DNA from: an uncultured Candidatus Saccharibacteria bacterium
GTDB taxonomy: Bacteria; Patescibacteriota; Minisyncoccia; 2-02-FULL-40-12; GWA2-44-9
DNA: 64,000 nucleotides
Assembly: GCA_964479835.1 (NCBI GenBank)
Contig: CAYZRE010000001.1
Span: forward strand, 31,630 to 95,629
Reading direction: 5' to 3'
The translations under genes and the position numbers were made by a program. Of this stretch, positions 47,961 through 57,696 are shown in pieces (the first letter of the stretch is position 1; each line of letters opens with the position of its first letter). Under the pieces are notes generated by a model. It saw only the letters and a list, made by a program, of their open reading frames with translations, did not search any database and was not told the DNA's origin.

Positions 47961-48325
47961 TATCTCTCCTTGACCGTCAAATTGGCAGGGATGCGAATCT
48001 CGCGTTGTCTCGCTCCCGCGATGACGAGCGTTTTTCCGCGACACATCACTACCAGGTCCTCGAGGGCACATGCGGCCGATTCGGCCATGGCCAACGGGGG
48101 CTGCATGGTTTCCCTGAGCCAGAGGGTCGAGGAACCGTTCACGCAGTCGATTCGCAGATTCGCAACCCACTCCTTGGAAATGTGATGGAATTCGACGCGG
48201 ATGATGAGGCGTGCCTTGCGGGCGAACCTTTCGAGAGTGGTCACTGTGCACTTCCTTTCAATGAGCGACGATTTAATCATACCACATGAATGCGATAATG
48301 GCAAATACTTGCCTTTTCTGCGCAT
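47961..48325 (-). CDS. hypothetical small protein (about 106-121 aa), weak PilZ-like features
   Basis: ORF divergent from rpsP. RxxxR-like ERFARKAR and a D/N..G segment. Assignment uncertain. Confidence 0.35.
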
Positions 48326-48345
48326 GTGGTGTAAGATAATGAACT

Positions 48346-48633
48346 ATGTTGATGATTCGTCTGCAACGCATCGGGAAAAAGAAACAAGCCCATTTTAAGG
48401 TGGTTGTGCTCGAGCACACCAAGAAACCCCAGGGCAAGTACCAGGAAATGCTCGGAACCTACGATCCCCGTGGTAAGGTGTTCAAGGCGGACCGCGAACG
48501 CGTTGAGGCCTGGATGGCCAAGGGCGCGCAGATTAGCCCAACCGTCAACAACCTCATGGTCAATTACAAGATATGGGACCGGCCGAAGATGGAGAGCTGG
48601 AAACCGAAGAAGAAAAAGGAAGAAAAGAAGTAA
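48346..48633 (+). CDS. rpsP: 30S ribosomal protein S16 (Lys-rich C-terminal tail)
   Basis: MLMIRLQRIGKKKQAHFKVVV. Confidence 0.85.
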   Translation: MLMIRLQRIGKKKQAHFKVVVLEHTKKPQGKYQEMLGTYDPRGKVFKADRERVEAWMAKGAQISPTVNNLMVNYKIWDRPKMESWKPKKKKEEKK

Positions 48634-48644
48634 TACGAAAATCA

Positions 48645-48677
48645 CAAGAGGGAGCCAAGGGGCTCCCTCTTGCTTTG
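48645..48677 (+). terminator. hairpin terminator after rpsP
   Basis: 12-bp stem CAAGAGGGAGCC/GGCTCCCTCTTG, followed by a weak U-tract. Confidence 0.45.
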
Positions 48678-48684
48678 AGAGACA

Positions 48685-49317
48685 ATGCAGATGCTCACCA
48701 TAGACCTCACCGCGGATTATATGCCCGCCACAGACCGGCTTGTCGCTGTGTTGCGCCGTGGTGGTACGGCGGTCTTCCCGACGGACACACTCTACGGGTT
48801 AGGATGTAACGCGTTGGACGGGACTGCGGTCGGCAGAGTATTTGATATTAAACACCGCAGTTATGTGAAAGCACTGCCGATGCTGGTTCGTGATCTATCA
48901 TGGGCTCGGGAGCTTGCCTACATCACTCCCGAACAGGAGAAAGTCATCGAGCGCTTCTGGCCGGGTAAAGTAACTTTTGTACTCCCACGTCGCTCACTGG
49001 TCCCGGCCGTCATGTGCGGGGGAGGGCAGACCGTCGGTATCCGCGCGCCCGACTACCCGTTCCTCCAGACGCTGTTGCGCCACTTGGGCTATCCGCTCAC
49101 GGGGACTTCAGCAAATGTGTCAGGTTCGGAACCGACCAGCGACGCCGTGCACATTGCCGCCGCATTTGCGGCTACGGCTCCTCAACCGGATGTGATTATT
49201 GATGCCGGGCCGTTGCCCGATTCACTCCCATCGACTGTTGTGGACCTTTCCGGTCGCATGCCGCGAATTCTACGCCAAGGCGCAGTGCGTGCTGACAAGA
49301 TATTGGCGCTCTTGTAG
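48685..49317 (+). CDS. tsaC: L-threonylcarbamoyladenylate synthase (YrdC/Sua5 family)
   Basis: FPTDTLYGLGCNALD motif; about 210 aa. Confidence 0.8.
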   Translation: MQMLTIDLTADYMPATDRLVAVLRRGGTAVFPTDTLYGLGCNALDGTAVGRVFDIKHRSYVKALPMLVRDLSWARELAYITPEQEKVIERFWPGKVTFVLPRRSLVPAVMCGGGQTVGIRAPDYPFLQTLLRHLGYPLTGTSANVSGSEPTSDAVHIAAAFAATAPQPDVIIDAGPLPDSLPSTVVDLSGRMPRILRQGAVRADKILALL

Positions 49318-49320
49318 GCC

Positions 49321-49485
49321 TAGAGCATATTTCAGAACCCTCTTTCGTAGCGAGATCACAGAATGGTGAGCGAAAGACGAAGAAATTTCCGAGGCATAGC
49401 CGGAGCTACGCCGAGGAAAGTTCTGAAGTCTTGCAGCCAGCATTCTGGGATTGCAGCAGAATACGGGGTTCTGAAATATGCTCTA
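49321..49485. mobile_element. MITE-like 165-bp element with 20-bp perfect terminal inverted repeats
   Basis: TAGAGCATATTTCAGAACCC at 49321-49340 and its exact reverse complement at 49466-49485. Internal short inverted repeats. No coding capacity. Confidence 0.4.
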
Positions 49486-49791
49486 ACACTTGGCGATGTG
49501 CACATGCATCTCCTGACCGCAGTGTTGGCAACGCTTTTCGGTCAGTGCGCACGAGAGGCAGAGATGAAAATCCTGGCTTGTCGTGTGCACTGAACAGTGC
49601 GTACAGGTGCCGTTGCGGCTGTCGACCCACGAACCGTCGCATTCACGACAGAGCAGATAGGATTCGGGCAACGGTTCCGACCGCTGACGCTCCTGCTTTT
49701 GTTTGTGTAATTGTTTCATCCCTCCGCGCACGCAGCGCGATACGCGCATGATAGCATGTTGATTTTCCTTGCAATGGGGGCAGGTGTGCAT
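49483..49791 (-). CDS. Cys-rich small protein with five CxxC motifs (multi zinc-ribbon)
   Basis: CPHC, CREC, CTHC, CLSC, CQHC. Stop lies inside the right TIR of the MITE-like element. Confidence 0.4.
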   Translation of the reverse strand: MHTCPHCKENQHAIMRVSRCVRGGMKQLHKQKQERQRSEPLPESYLLCRECDGSWVDSRNGTCTHCSVHTTSQDFHLCLSCALTEKRCQHCGQEMHVHIAKC

Positions 49792-50023
49792 AAATACAAA
49801 ACAAATAGGCGCCGACGGGATGTCGGCGCCACTGCAACTGCGGGTACCTAGGATTCGACTTCGACGACGGGCGGGCGTAACTTTCGCTTGGTCAGGCGCC
49901 GTGTGAGACGGCGATGACCGCGCTTGAGCTCGCGTGTCTGCCGAGCAACCACGCTCGGGTGCACTTCGCCGATGGCGAGGTGCAGTTCACGCCGCCGCGT
50001 CTTCGTCAGGGCTTTCAACGCCA

Positions 50024-50245
50024 CTAGTTTTCCTCCGATGAATCGACGCATCCGCTGCAGAAGTACCCTCCGAGCGTTTGGACGGCCCGTTCGGGACTCA
50101 CCTGGTGGCCACACTCGGCGCATACCAGACGGTCGTGTGACGGCTGACAGTTCAGCTGAATCTGCGCTTCGGTCAGCTGGACGAATACCGGGTGGGTGGT
50201 CTCGATGCGTCTGAGGCTGGAATCACTACTGACGGCTAAGGTCAT
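50024..50245 (-). CDS. DksA/TraR-family C4 zinc-finger protein (73 aa)
   Basis: CAECGHQVSPERAVQTLGGYFCSGC matches the TraR/DksA zinc-finger pattern. Confidence 0.5.
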   Translation of the reverse strand: MTLAVSSDSSLRRIETTHPVFVQLTEAQIQLNCQPSHDRLVCAECGHQVSPERAVQTLGGYFCSGCVDSSEEN

Positions 50246-50345
50246 TGCGTCTCCTTTATGGATGCTCCTGGCACTTCTCCGACTGGTGAACTACGCTATC
50301 TTTAATTATATCACGGATAACTGTAATAAGCAAGCTTCTCTTTTG

Positions 50346-50427
50346 TGCCCGGGGTGGGAGTTGAACCCACAAGCCTTGCGGCACACGATTTTGAGTCGTG
50401 CGTGTATGCCAATTCCACCACCCGGGC
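50346..50427 (-). tRNA. tRNA-Leu(CAA)
   Basis: Minus strand. Acceptor GCCCGGG/CCCGGGC, A73. Anticodon arm CACGA-CTCAAAA-TCGTG. Long variable arm. T-loop GGTTCAACTCC. Confidence 0.8.
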
Positions 50428-50526
50428 AATCGGACCGTATCATACCGCAAAAACAGCATCTTTTCAAGGCGCGGCGGGCACTTATCCGATTGCTTTTCTG
50501 TCGGTGGCCCGTACAATGAAAAGGTC

Positions 50527-51288
50527 ATGGCGCGCATTATTGCTGTCTGTAATCAGAAAGGCGGAGTGGGGAAGACCACTACATCGGTCAATCTTGGTGC
50601 GTATCTTGCCGCGCAGGGCAAATATGTTTTGCTCGTCGATTTAGATTCGCAGGCCAACGCTACCTTGGGGCTGGGCGTTCAGGTCCAGCCGACTGCGCAG
50701 AATGTGTACCATTCACTCGTCAGTGACGCCAATCCGTTGTCCATGGTGCGCAAAACATCCATCTTCGGCTACGATATTCTACCGGCCGCGCAATCGTTGG
50801 CGGGTGCGACCGTGGAGCTCGTAAGTATGGAAGAGCGCGAGTATCGCCTTCGCAAAGCACTCAATCATCTGCGCAACAACTACGATTATGTGCTTATCGA
50901 TTGTCCGCCGTCACTGGGACTTCTGACCATCAACGCGCTCGCGGCTGCCGACCATGTACTGATTCCGGTGCAGTGCGAATATTATGCACTCGAAGGGTTG
51001 GGCCAACTGATGCGTACCATCGACTTGGTGCGTGGTGGAATCAATCCCGACTTGAGCGTGTTAGGCGTCGTACTCACGATGCATGACAAACGCAACCAAC
51101 TTTCTCAGCAGGTAGTCAGTGAAGTGACACACAATTTTCCGGGCCGCGTGTTCCAATCCGTGGTACCCCGGGGTATCTCGGTGGCCGAAGCGCCCAGTTT
51201 CGGAAAAACAATTCTGGAGCATGACCCGTCCGGAAATGCCGCCATGGCGTACCGGCACTTGGCAGAAGAGATAATTCGTTTACACTAG
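50527..51288 (+). CDS. parA: chromosome partitioning ATPase ParA (Soj)
   Basis: Deviant Walker A CNQKGGVGKTTTSVNL. Confidence 0.85.
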   Translation: MARIIAVCNQKGGVGKTTTSVNLGAYLAAQGKYVLLVDLDSQANATLGLGVQVQPTAQNVYHSLVSDANPLSMVRKTSIFGYDILPAAQSLAGATVELVSMEEREYRLRKALNHLRNNYDYVLIDCPPSLGLLTINALAAADHVLIPVQCEYYALEGLGQLMRTIDLVRGGINPDLSVLGVVLTMHDKRNQLSQQVVSEVTHNFPGRVFQSVVPRGISVAEAPSFGKTILEHDPSGNAAMAYRHLAEEIIRLH

Positions 51289-51292
51289 GGCC

Positions 51293-52207
51293 ATGCCGAA
51301 AAAACTCTTTGGACTGGGAAAAGGACTTGGTTCGTTGATTCCCGATTCTGTCGCGGATGCGGTCAACAACCGCCGTGAGAGTATCTTTTTCGTTGAAGTT
51401 GCAAAAATACAACCGAACCCCGATCAGCCCCGCACTGATTTCGACCAGACAGCACTTGCCGAATTGTCGCGGAGCATCCGGAAGTTCGGCGTGCTCCAGC
51501 CGTTGTTGGTTTCAAAAGTAGAGGAAGACCTTCCGCGGGGGAGAGTGGTCACCTACCAACTCATCGCCGGCGAGCGCCGGTGGCGTGCGGCACAACTTGC
51601 GGGGTTGCCGACCGTGCCGGTGATTATCCGCGATGACCTCACGCCTGCCAGCTCCGGCACGAAATCAAATCGGCTCGAAGTCGCGCTCATCGAGAATCTC
51701 CAGCGTGAAGACCTTAACCCCATTGAGCAGGCCGAAGCGTATGTGCGGCTCGCCGGTGAATTCGGTCTCAGGCAACAGGAAATTGCCGACAAAGTTGGCA
51801 AGTCACGCGAGGCGGTCGCCAATGTCATGCGCCTGGTGAACTTACCCAAGTACATCAAGGACGCAACCCGTGAGGGACGCATCACCGGTACCGCAGCTCG
51901 CTCACTCCTGTCGTTCCAGGAAGCAGCCGCGCAGAAACACGCATATGAACAAATCACTACCGGCGGATTCTCTACCAAAGACCTCGAATATGCTGCATCA
52001 TCGGCAAAAGTTGCCGTCGGTCGGCGCAGGTTGCGACACAATGAGAAGTTCGATGACCTGATGCGCAATCTTGCCGAGCACTTGGGAGCCCCCGTCATCA
52101 TCCGTGCGCAGAACTCTTCAGCACGAGCCGGCCAAATCGTTATCCGCTTTGCCGACGAGGAGCACCTCAATACCGTCGTAAAAAAAATTATCGACAAGCC
52201 TGTCTAA
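51293..52207 (+). CDS. parB: chromosome partitioning protein ParB (Spo0J)
   Basis: ParB box [12 protein letters not shown] and an HTH. Confidence 0.85.
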   Translation: MPKKLFGLGKGLGSLIPDSVADAVNNRRESIFFVEVAKIQPNPDQPRTDFDQTALAELSRSIRKFGVLQPLLVSKVEEDLPRGRVVTYQLIAGERRWRAAQLAGLPTVPVIIRDDLTPASSGTKSNRLEVALIENLQREDLNPIEQAEAYVRLAGEFGLRQQEIADKVGKSREAVANVMRLVNLPKYIKDATREGRITGTAARSLLSFQEAAAQKHAYEQITTGGFSTKDLEYAASSAKVAVGRRRLRHNEKFDDLMRNLAEHLGAPVIIRAQNSSARAGQIVIRFADEEHLNTVVKKIIDKPV

Positions 52208-53943
52208 CTCTGCCAGTCGGCCGAGAGAAGCCGCTGTGAATCAGCGGTTTTTATGTTGGCGCAATCGGCGACATGTACCGTGACGCCACGCGTGAGCGTG
52301 AGGTAGCCGATGACAGCGGAACTGGTGGTGGGCTCGCAACACTTGCCCAGGCGATACGCCAGCCCTCGTTGGCCGTCGATGAGAATTGGCGCCAAGACGG
52401 TCTTCAGTTGTGCGTTTCCTTTTGTTGGCCGTGGCTTTTTCAGTTTGCGTTTTTGCGAGGAGGACACCTCGTCGATTGGTTCCGAATCTTGACGCCGTGT
52501 GTACCAGCTGCGAATATGTTTTGCCGCCTGGTTGGTTTTGACGAATCGCAGCCAGTCTTTGCTGGGCTTGGCTTCTTTCCCCTTGATGATTTCCACGACA
52601 TCCCCGGACTGTAGTGCGGAGTTCAGTGGTACGATACGACCGTTCGCCAGTGCGCCGGTCGTGTGGTGACCGAGCTCCGAGTGAATAGCATAGGCAAAGT
52701 CCAGCGGCGTGGCGCCTTCAGGGAGGTCTCTGATGTCGCCATGAGGAGTGAGCACGAAGATGCGATTCTTGAAGAATTCTATTTTCAGGTCGGCCATACC
52801 CTGCGAAGTTTTGATATCGCGCAATACATTCTTGAGTTGGTTAACCCACGCAAGCTCCTGTTGTTTTGCTGATACCGCACGCGGTTTTCCCGCTTCAGTA
52901 TATGCCCAGTGTGATGCGATACCGTTCTCGGCATGGTCGTGCATCTCCGGAGTGCGGATTTGGATTTCGGCGATGCGGCCCCGTTCGCAAAACACGGTGG
53001 TGTGCAGTGAACGGTAGCCGTTGGGCTTGGGCAGGGCGATAAAATCCTTCACGCGTCCGGGCATTGGCTTGTAGTGTGCGTGGATGACGCCCATCGCTGC
53101 GTAGCAATCTTTTATTTCGGGCACGATGATGCGCATCGCGACGAGGTCGAGCACTTTATCGGGCTCCATGTTGTAGCGGTGCAGTTTTTCATACAGTGAC
53201 CACATCCGTTTTGCGCGTGCGTGGATATCGATGACAGGGATGCCAGCGTCAATCAGGAGACGCTTTACGACCGGGGCGGTTCGTTCGATGTAGTGCAGTC
53301 GGCTTTCGTACTTACCTTTGATGGTCTTTTTCAGCCACGCATATTCGGTGGGGTAGGCGAATGGGAAAGCCAAGTCATCAAGCTCGCCATTGAGACGACC
53401 CATACCGAGTCGTCCTGCGATAGGCGCGTATATTTCCATGGTCTCGCGGGCGATGCGTTCGCGGTCGGCAGCAGGCAAGTAGCGCAGTGTACGCATGTTG
53501 TGCAGGCGGTCGGCCAGCTTGATAATGATGACGCGCAGATCTTCGGCCATGGCGAAAAACATCTTCTTCAGCGATTCGGTCTGCAGGTCGGCGGACTTCT
53601 TGTCTTTGCGGGTCCCGCGTAGTGTGATGGCGGACAATTTCGTGACGCCGTCCACTAAAAATGCGACTTCTGTGCCGAATCGGCGTTCAAGCTCTTCTTT
53701 CGTGACCGGCGTATCTTCCAGGATATCGTGGAGTAAAGCTGCAGCTACTGTTGACGCATCAAATCCCAAGTCCGCAAGGAATGCGGCCACCTGAAGGGGA
53801 TGAGTGAAATAGGGTTCGCCGGAAGCCCGCAGCTGACCCTCGTGGCCGTGTTGGGCAAACTCAAACGCCTGCTCGATGAGCGTTTGGTCGGAAAGGCCAA
53901 AGCGGCCGATGATGTCGGACAATGCAGGTTCCATTTGACGCAA
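52204..53943 (-). CDS. relA: bifunctional (p)ppGpp synthetase/hydrolase (Rel/SpoT homolog, short form)
   Basis: HD domain HDILEDT, synthetase motif RIKDFIALPKPNGYRSLHTTV, TGS domain. No ACT domain. Confidence 0.85.
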   Translation of the reverse strand: MRQMEPALSDIIGRFGLSDQTLIEQAFEFAQHGHEGQLRASGEPYFTHPLQVAAFLADLGFDASTVAAALLHDILEDTPVTKEELERRFGTEVAFLVDGVTKLSAITLRGTRKDKKSADLQTESLKKMFFAMAEDLRVIIIKLADRLHNMRTLRYLPAADRERIARETMEIYAPIAGRLGMGRLNGELDDLAFPFAYPTEYAWLKKTIKGKYESRLHYIERTAPVVKRLLIDAGIPVIDIHARAKRMWSLYEKLHRYNMEPDKVLDLVAMRIIVPEIKDCYAAMGVIHAHYKPMPGRVKDFIALPKPNGYRSLHTTVFCERGRIAEIQIRTPEMHDHAENGIASHWAYTEAGKPRAVSAKQQELAWVNQLKNVLRDIKTSQGMADLKIEFFKNRIFVLTPHGDIRDLPEGATPLDFAYAIHSELGHHTTGALANGRIVPLNSALQSGDVVEIIKGKEAKPSKDWLRFVKTNQAAKHIRSWYTRRQDSEPIDEVSSSQKRKLKKPRPTKGNAQLKTVLAPILIDGQRGLAYRLGKCCEPTTSSAVIGYLTLTRGVTVHVADCANIKTADSQRLLSADWQS

Positions 53944-53945
53944 GT

Positions 53946-55988
53946 CTATAACTCTTTTGTGGCGGTATCAACCTTCGACTCCTCGGGTGCCGCCGCATCT
54001 TTGGCAATCTTTTCGGTGTGTTTGCATTTCGGGAAATTCACGCAGGCGATAAACTTGCCGAAGCGACCGGCGCGGTAGATGAGCTCACCTCCGTCTTTGG
54101 GGCAGACACGGCCGACTTTTTCAACCGGCGCGGTTGATTTTGGTTCTTTGAGTATGTTTTTGCAGGTGGGGAAGTTCGAGCAGGCGATAAATTTTCCGAA
54201 ACGACCGCGCTTGACCACCATCGGACTGCCGCACTTGTCACAGGTTTTATCGGTGGTTTCTACCTCGGAATCTTTGGAGACCTGCGCTTGCTCCATCTTT
54301 TCCTTGATGCCCAACGCCAGCGGCGCATAGAACGCGCGGATGGTAGGTACCCACTGGCGTGTGCCGGCGGCGATGTCGTCGAGCTGGTCTTCCATACCGG
54401 AGGTGAACTTCGGGTCTACGATGCGCGGGAATTGTTCCACCAGGTAGTCGTTCACATCCAAGCCGATTTGCGTGGGGTGAAAATAGCGGGAGCGGTCTTT
54501 TTCCACATACTTACGCAAAATGATGGTCGATATGATGGCCGCGTAGGTGCTGGGACGGCCGATACCTTCTTTTTCCAGTGTCTTGATGAGCGATGCTTCG
54601 TTATATCGGGGGGGTGGCTTGGTGAAGTGTTGTTCGGGTTTGAGCTCCTGCAGGGCAAGCGTTTCACCGGAGCGCACCAGCGGTAGATCGTTGTCTTCGA
54701 ACTTGGACGGCAGGACCTTGAGCCATCCGTCGAACTTGAGCACCGAACCGTTCGCGCGGAAGCCGTAGCTGACAGTTGGTAGCTTGTAGCTGGTAGCTCC
54801 GATGTCGATGGCGGTCGCATCAAACACCGCATCGGCCATCTGGGATGCCAAGAACCGCCGCCAGATAAGGTCGTAAACTTTCAGTTGCTGCGGAGACAGT
54901 GAGGCGGCCATGACTTCCGGCGTACGCTCGGGATCGGTGGGACGCACCGCTTCGTGCGCTTCCTGCGCGCTCTTGGATTTCGTCTTGAACTTACGGCGTT
55001 TGTAATAATTCGCTCCGTATTGAGATTCGATGAACGCTTTGGACTGCCCGAGCGACTGTTCGGACACACTGACAGAATCGGTGCGCATGTAGGTAATGTA
55101 GCCTGCTTCGTACAGACCTTGCGCGAACATCATCGTCTGCTTGCTGGAGTAGTGGAGGCGTTTGTTTGATTCCTGTTGGAGCGTGGAGGTCGTAAACGGC
55201 GCGTGCGGCATACGCGATGTTTCGGTGCGCTCAACCGCGGCGACCGTAAAGGGAGAGCCATCCAACGCCGCAAGTATCTTTTTCGATGTGATTTCGTCGG
55301 GGATGTCGAACTTGTCCAGGGGTTTGCCGTCGCGTGCCGTCAGTTGAGCGATGATGGGCAGGTCTTTGTGTTCGTCGGATAGCAGTGTCGCAGTGATGGT
55401 CCAGTATTCCGCCGGCTTGAACGCTTCGATTTCGCGTTCGCGGTCGACAATCAACCGTGTGGCGACAGATTGTACGCGCCCCGCCGAAAGGCCGCGGTAG
55501 TAACGCTTCCAGAGCACCGGCGAGAGCTTATAGCCGACCAGACGGTCCAGCACGCGGCGTGCCTGCTGGGCATCTACCAGATGACGGTCGATATCCCGCG
55601 GATTCGCGATGGCGTGCTCAATGGCCTGTTTGGTGATTTCATGAAAGACGATGCGCTGGATTTTGAGGTCTTTGTTTTTTTTCTTGAGCTTTGCCAGACC
55701 GAGCGCTTCATAGAGATGCCATGCAATCGCTTCTCCTTCGCGGTCTTCGTCTGTTGCCAGCACGATGGTGTCCGCTTTGGCCACTTCTTTTTTTAGCAGG
55801 GTGAGATTCTTCTTTGCCTTGGTCGGCACGATATAGGTTGGTGCGAACTCGTGTTCAGTGTCGATGCCTAGTTCTGATTTTGGCAAATCGCGCACATGTC
55901 CGTAACTTGAAAGCACGACAAAATCATCTCCCAGATACTGGGAGATAGTCTTTGCTTTCGTGGGGGATTCGACGATAACGAGTTTCAT
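53946..55988 (-). CDS. topA: DNA topoisomerase I
   Basis: Toprim MKLVIVESPTKAKTI and two C-terminal CxxC zinc ribbons. Start placed at the Met immediately after the dprA stop. Confidence 0.9.
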   Translation of the reverse strand: MKLVIVESPTKAKTISQYLGDDFVVLSSYGHVRDLPKSELGIDTEHEFAPTYIVPTKAKKNLTLLKKEVAKADTIVLATDEDREGEAIAWHLYEALGLAKLKKKNKDLKIQRIVFHEITKQAIEHAIANPRDIDRHLVDAQQARRVLDRLVGYKLSPVLWKRYYRGLSAGRVQSVATRLIVDREREIEAFKPAEYWTITATLLSDEHKDLPIIAQLTARDGKPLDKFDIPDEITSKKILAALDGSPFTVAAVERTETSRMPHAPFTTSTLQQESNKRLHYSSKQTMMFAQGLYEAGYITYMRTDSVSVSEQSLGQSKAFIESQYGANYYKRRKFKTKSKSAQEAHEAVRPTDPERTPEVMAASLSPQQLKVYDLIWRRFLASQMADAVFDATAIDIGATSYKLPTVSYGFRANGSVLKFDGWLKVLPSKFEDNDLPLVRSGETLALQELKPEQHFTKPPPRYNEASLIKTLEKEGIGRPSTYAAIISTIILRKYVEKDRSRYFHPTQIGLDVNDYLVEQFPRIVDPKFTSGMEDQLDDIAAGTRQWVPTIRAFYAPLALGIKEKMEQAQVSKDSEVETTDKTCDKCGSPMVVKRGRFGKFIACSNFPTCKNILKEPKSTAPVEKVGRVCPKDGGELIYRAGRFGKFIACVNFPKCKHTEKIAKDAAAPEESKVDTATKEL

Positions 55989-55990
55989 AA

Positions 55991-56872
55991 TTATTGAGGA
56001 GTGATTGCGTAGATGCCTGCGCCCTGATGACGGACTGCGTTGTACAACTCGAGCATCGCCACTGCCGCCATCGTGCGCGGCGTATCGTATCCGGTCTGCG
56101 AGGCGAGCGTGTCCAGATGCGTCGGACCATTTTGTCGCAGTAGTGTCAGTATACACTCTTGTACCGGGTCCGATGTGGACAGAGCCTGTTCAGGCAGGGG
56201 GATCTGACGCATTTTGTACGACTCCAGAATATCCGCCGCGCACAGCACGGGCCGCGCTCCTTGCTGGATAAGCCAATTGGAACCCACCGAACGCGGCCAA
56301 TAGATGCTGCCCGGTACGGCGAACACATCTCGGTTCTGATCAAGTGCGGATTTTGCAGTGATAAGCGAACCGGATTTCATATCAGCTTCAATGACGACGA
56401 CACCGCGAGACAGTCCGGAAATAATGCGGTTGCGCATCGGGAATGTCCACTGCTGGCCGTATACTCCTTCTTCGTATTCTGAAATCAAAAGGCCGTTGGC
56501 GGCGAGGATGTCATGCGCAAGCCGCACATTATCGACAGGAAAGATACTGGCGTCATCAAGGCCTGTTCCGAAGACTGCAATGGTGTTTCCTTTGGCATCC
56601 AGTGCGGCGCGGTGTGCAGCTGAATCAATGCCGGTCGCCAGGCCGCTCACAATCGTCACGCCGTTTTGTGCCAACTGGCCGGCAATATCGCCACAAGCTT
56701 GCCGGCCATAGTCGCTGGCCTTGCGGGTGCCCACAACACCCACGCAAAAGGAATCCATGAGTGCGATATTGCCGCGACAGTACAGTTGAGCGGGCGGATC
56801 AGAGATGCGCTTCAGTAATTCAGGATAGCGAGTGTCGCTTAAGCGAAGGGTGATGATTCCGGAGTTTTCCAT
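55991..56872 (-). CDS. dprA: DNA processing protein DprA (Smf)
   Basis: Rossmann-like core GVVGTRKASDYGRQ; about 290 aa. Confidence 0.85.
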   Translation of the reverse strand: MENSGIITLRLSDTRYPELLKRISDPPAQLYCRGNIALMDSFCVGVVGTRKASDYGRQACGDIAGQLAQNGVTIVSGLATGIDSAAHRAALDAKGNTIAVFGTGLDDASIFPVDNVRLAHDILAANGLLISEYEEGVYGQQWTFPMRNRIISGLSRGVVVIEADMKSGSLITAKSALDQNRDVFAVPGSIYWPRSVGSNWLIQQGARPVLCAADILESYKMRQIPLPEQALSTSDPVQECILTLLRQNGPTHLDTLASQTGYDTPRTMAAVAMLELYNAVRHQGAGIYAITPQ

Positions 56873-56962
56873 GCAGGTTGCATATAATATGGAAGGGAAG
56901 TGTATTTGTCAACGCCGGGGGCAGTTTCCATTACCGAAAGCTTCGTATACTATGGAGAGGTC

Positions 56963-57685
56963 ATGTATCTTTCTGTTGTCATTCCCGCCTATAATGAAGC
57001 GAAGCGCATCGGCTCGACATTGGAGGCAGTGTGTTCGTGGCTGGCAAAGCAGGATTTTGCTTCGGAGGTTATTGTAGTCAATAATCATTCTACAGATACA
57101 ACAACCGATGCCGTCAGAGAAATGATGAACCGGTATCGTTCTATCCGGCTTATTGATGAGAAGCGTCCGGGCAAGGGATACGCAGTGACAACGGGCATGT
57201 TGTTTGGCACGGGCGAGGTGCGGTTGTTCATGGATGCCGACAACAGTACCACTATCGAACATTTCGATGCCATGCGGCCGCTCTTAGAACAGGGGATAGC
57301 GGTAGTCATCGGCTCACTGGCAGTGCGCGGTTCTACCGTCGTTCGCGGGGGATCCGAACCGCTCTGGCGTCAGTTGTTGGGCAAGGCAGGCAATCTCTGG
57401 ATTCAGATGTGGGCGGTGCCGGGCATCTGGGATACCCAACGCGGGTTCAAGGCGTTTGCCGCGCGCGCGGCACAGGAAATATTTTCACGGCTCACGATTT
57501 TCGGTTGGGGATTTGATGTCGATGTGCTCGCATGCGCCCGTGCCCGCGGCTTCCGTATCCGTGAAATTCCTATCACCTGGAACAATCCTCCCGAGACCCG
57601 CGTGGACTTCTGGACGTATCCGAAAGTACTCATGGAGACGGTACTGGTCGGGTTCAAACGCATCCGTGGCGGATATAAGAAATAA
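56963..57685 (+). CDS. family 2 glycosyltransferase (polyprenyl-phosphate sugar transferase-like)
   Basis: YLSVVIPAYNEAKRI and DADNS (DxD) motifs. Confidence 0.7.
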   Translation: MYLSVVIPAYNEAKRIGSTLEAVCSWLAKQDFASEVIVVNNHSTDTTTDAVREMMNRYRSIRLIDEKRPGKGYAVTTGMLFGTGEVRLFMDADNSTTIEHFDAMRPLLEQGIAVVIGSLAVRGSTVVRGGSEPLWRQLLGKAGNLWIQMWAVPGIWDTQRGFKAFAARAAQEIFSRLTIFGWGFDVDVLACARARGFRIREIPITWNNPPETRVDFWTYPKVLMETVLVGFKRIRGGYKK

Positions 57686-57696
57686 AAAATAAACCG

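Noticed and set aside
49848-50123. Arg-rich 91-aa minus-strand ORF
   Set aside because: It overlaps the DksA/TraR-like ORF (50024-50245) in another frame and has GC-rich alternative-frame composition (RRRLTRRLTKRK). Judged an artefact.
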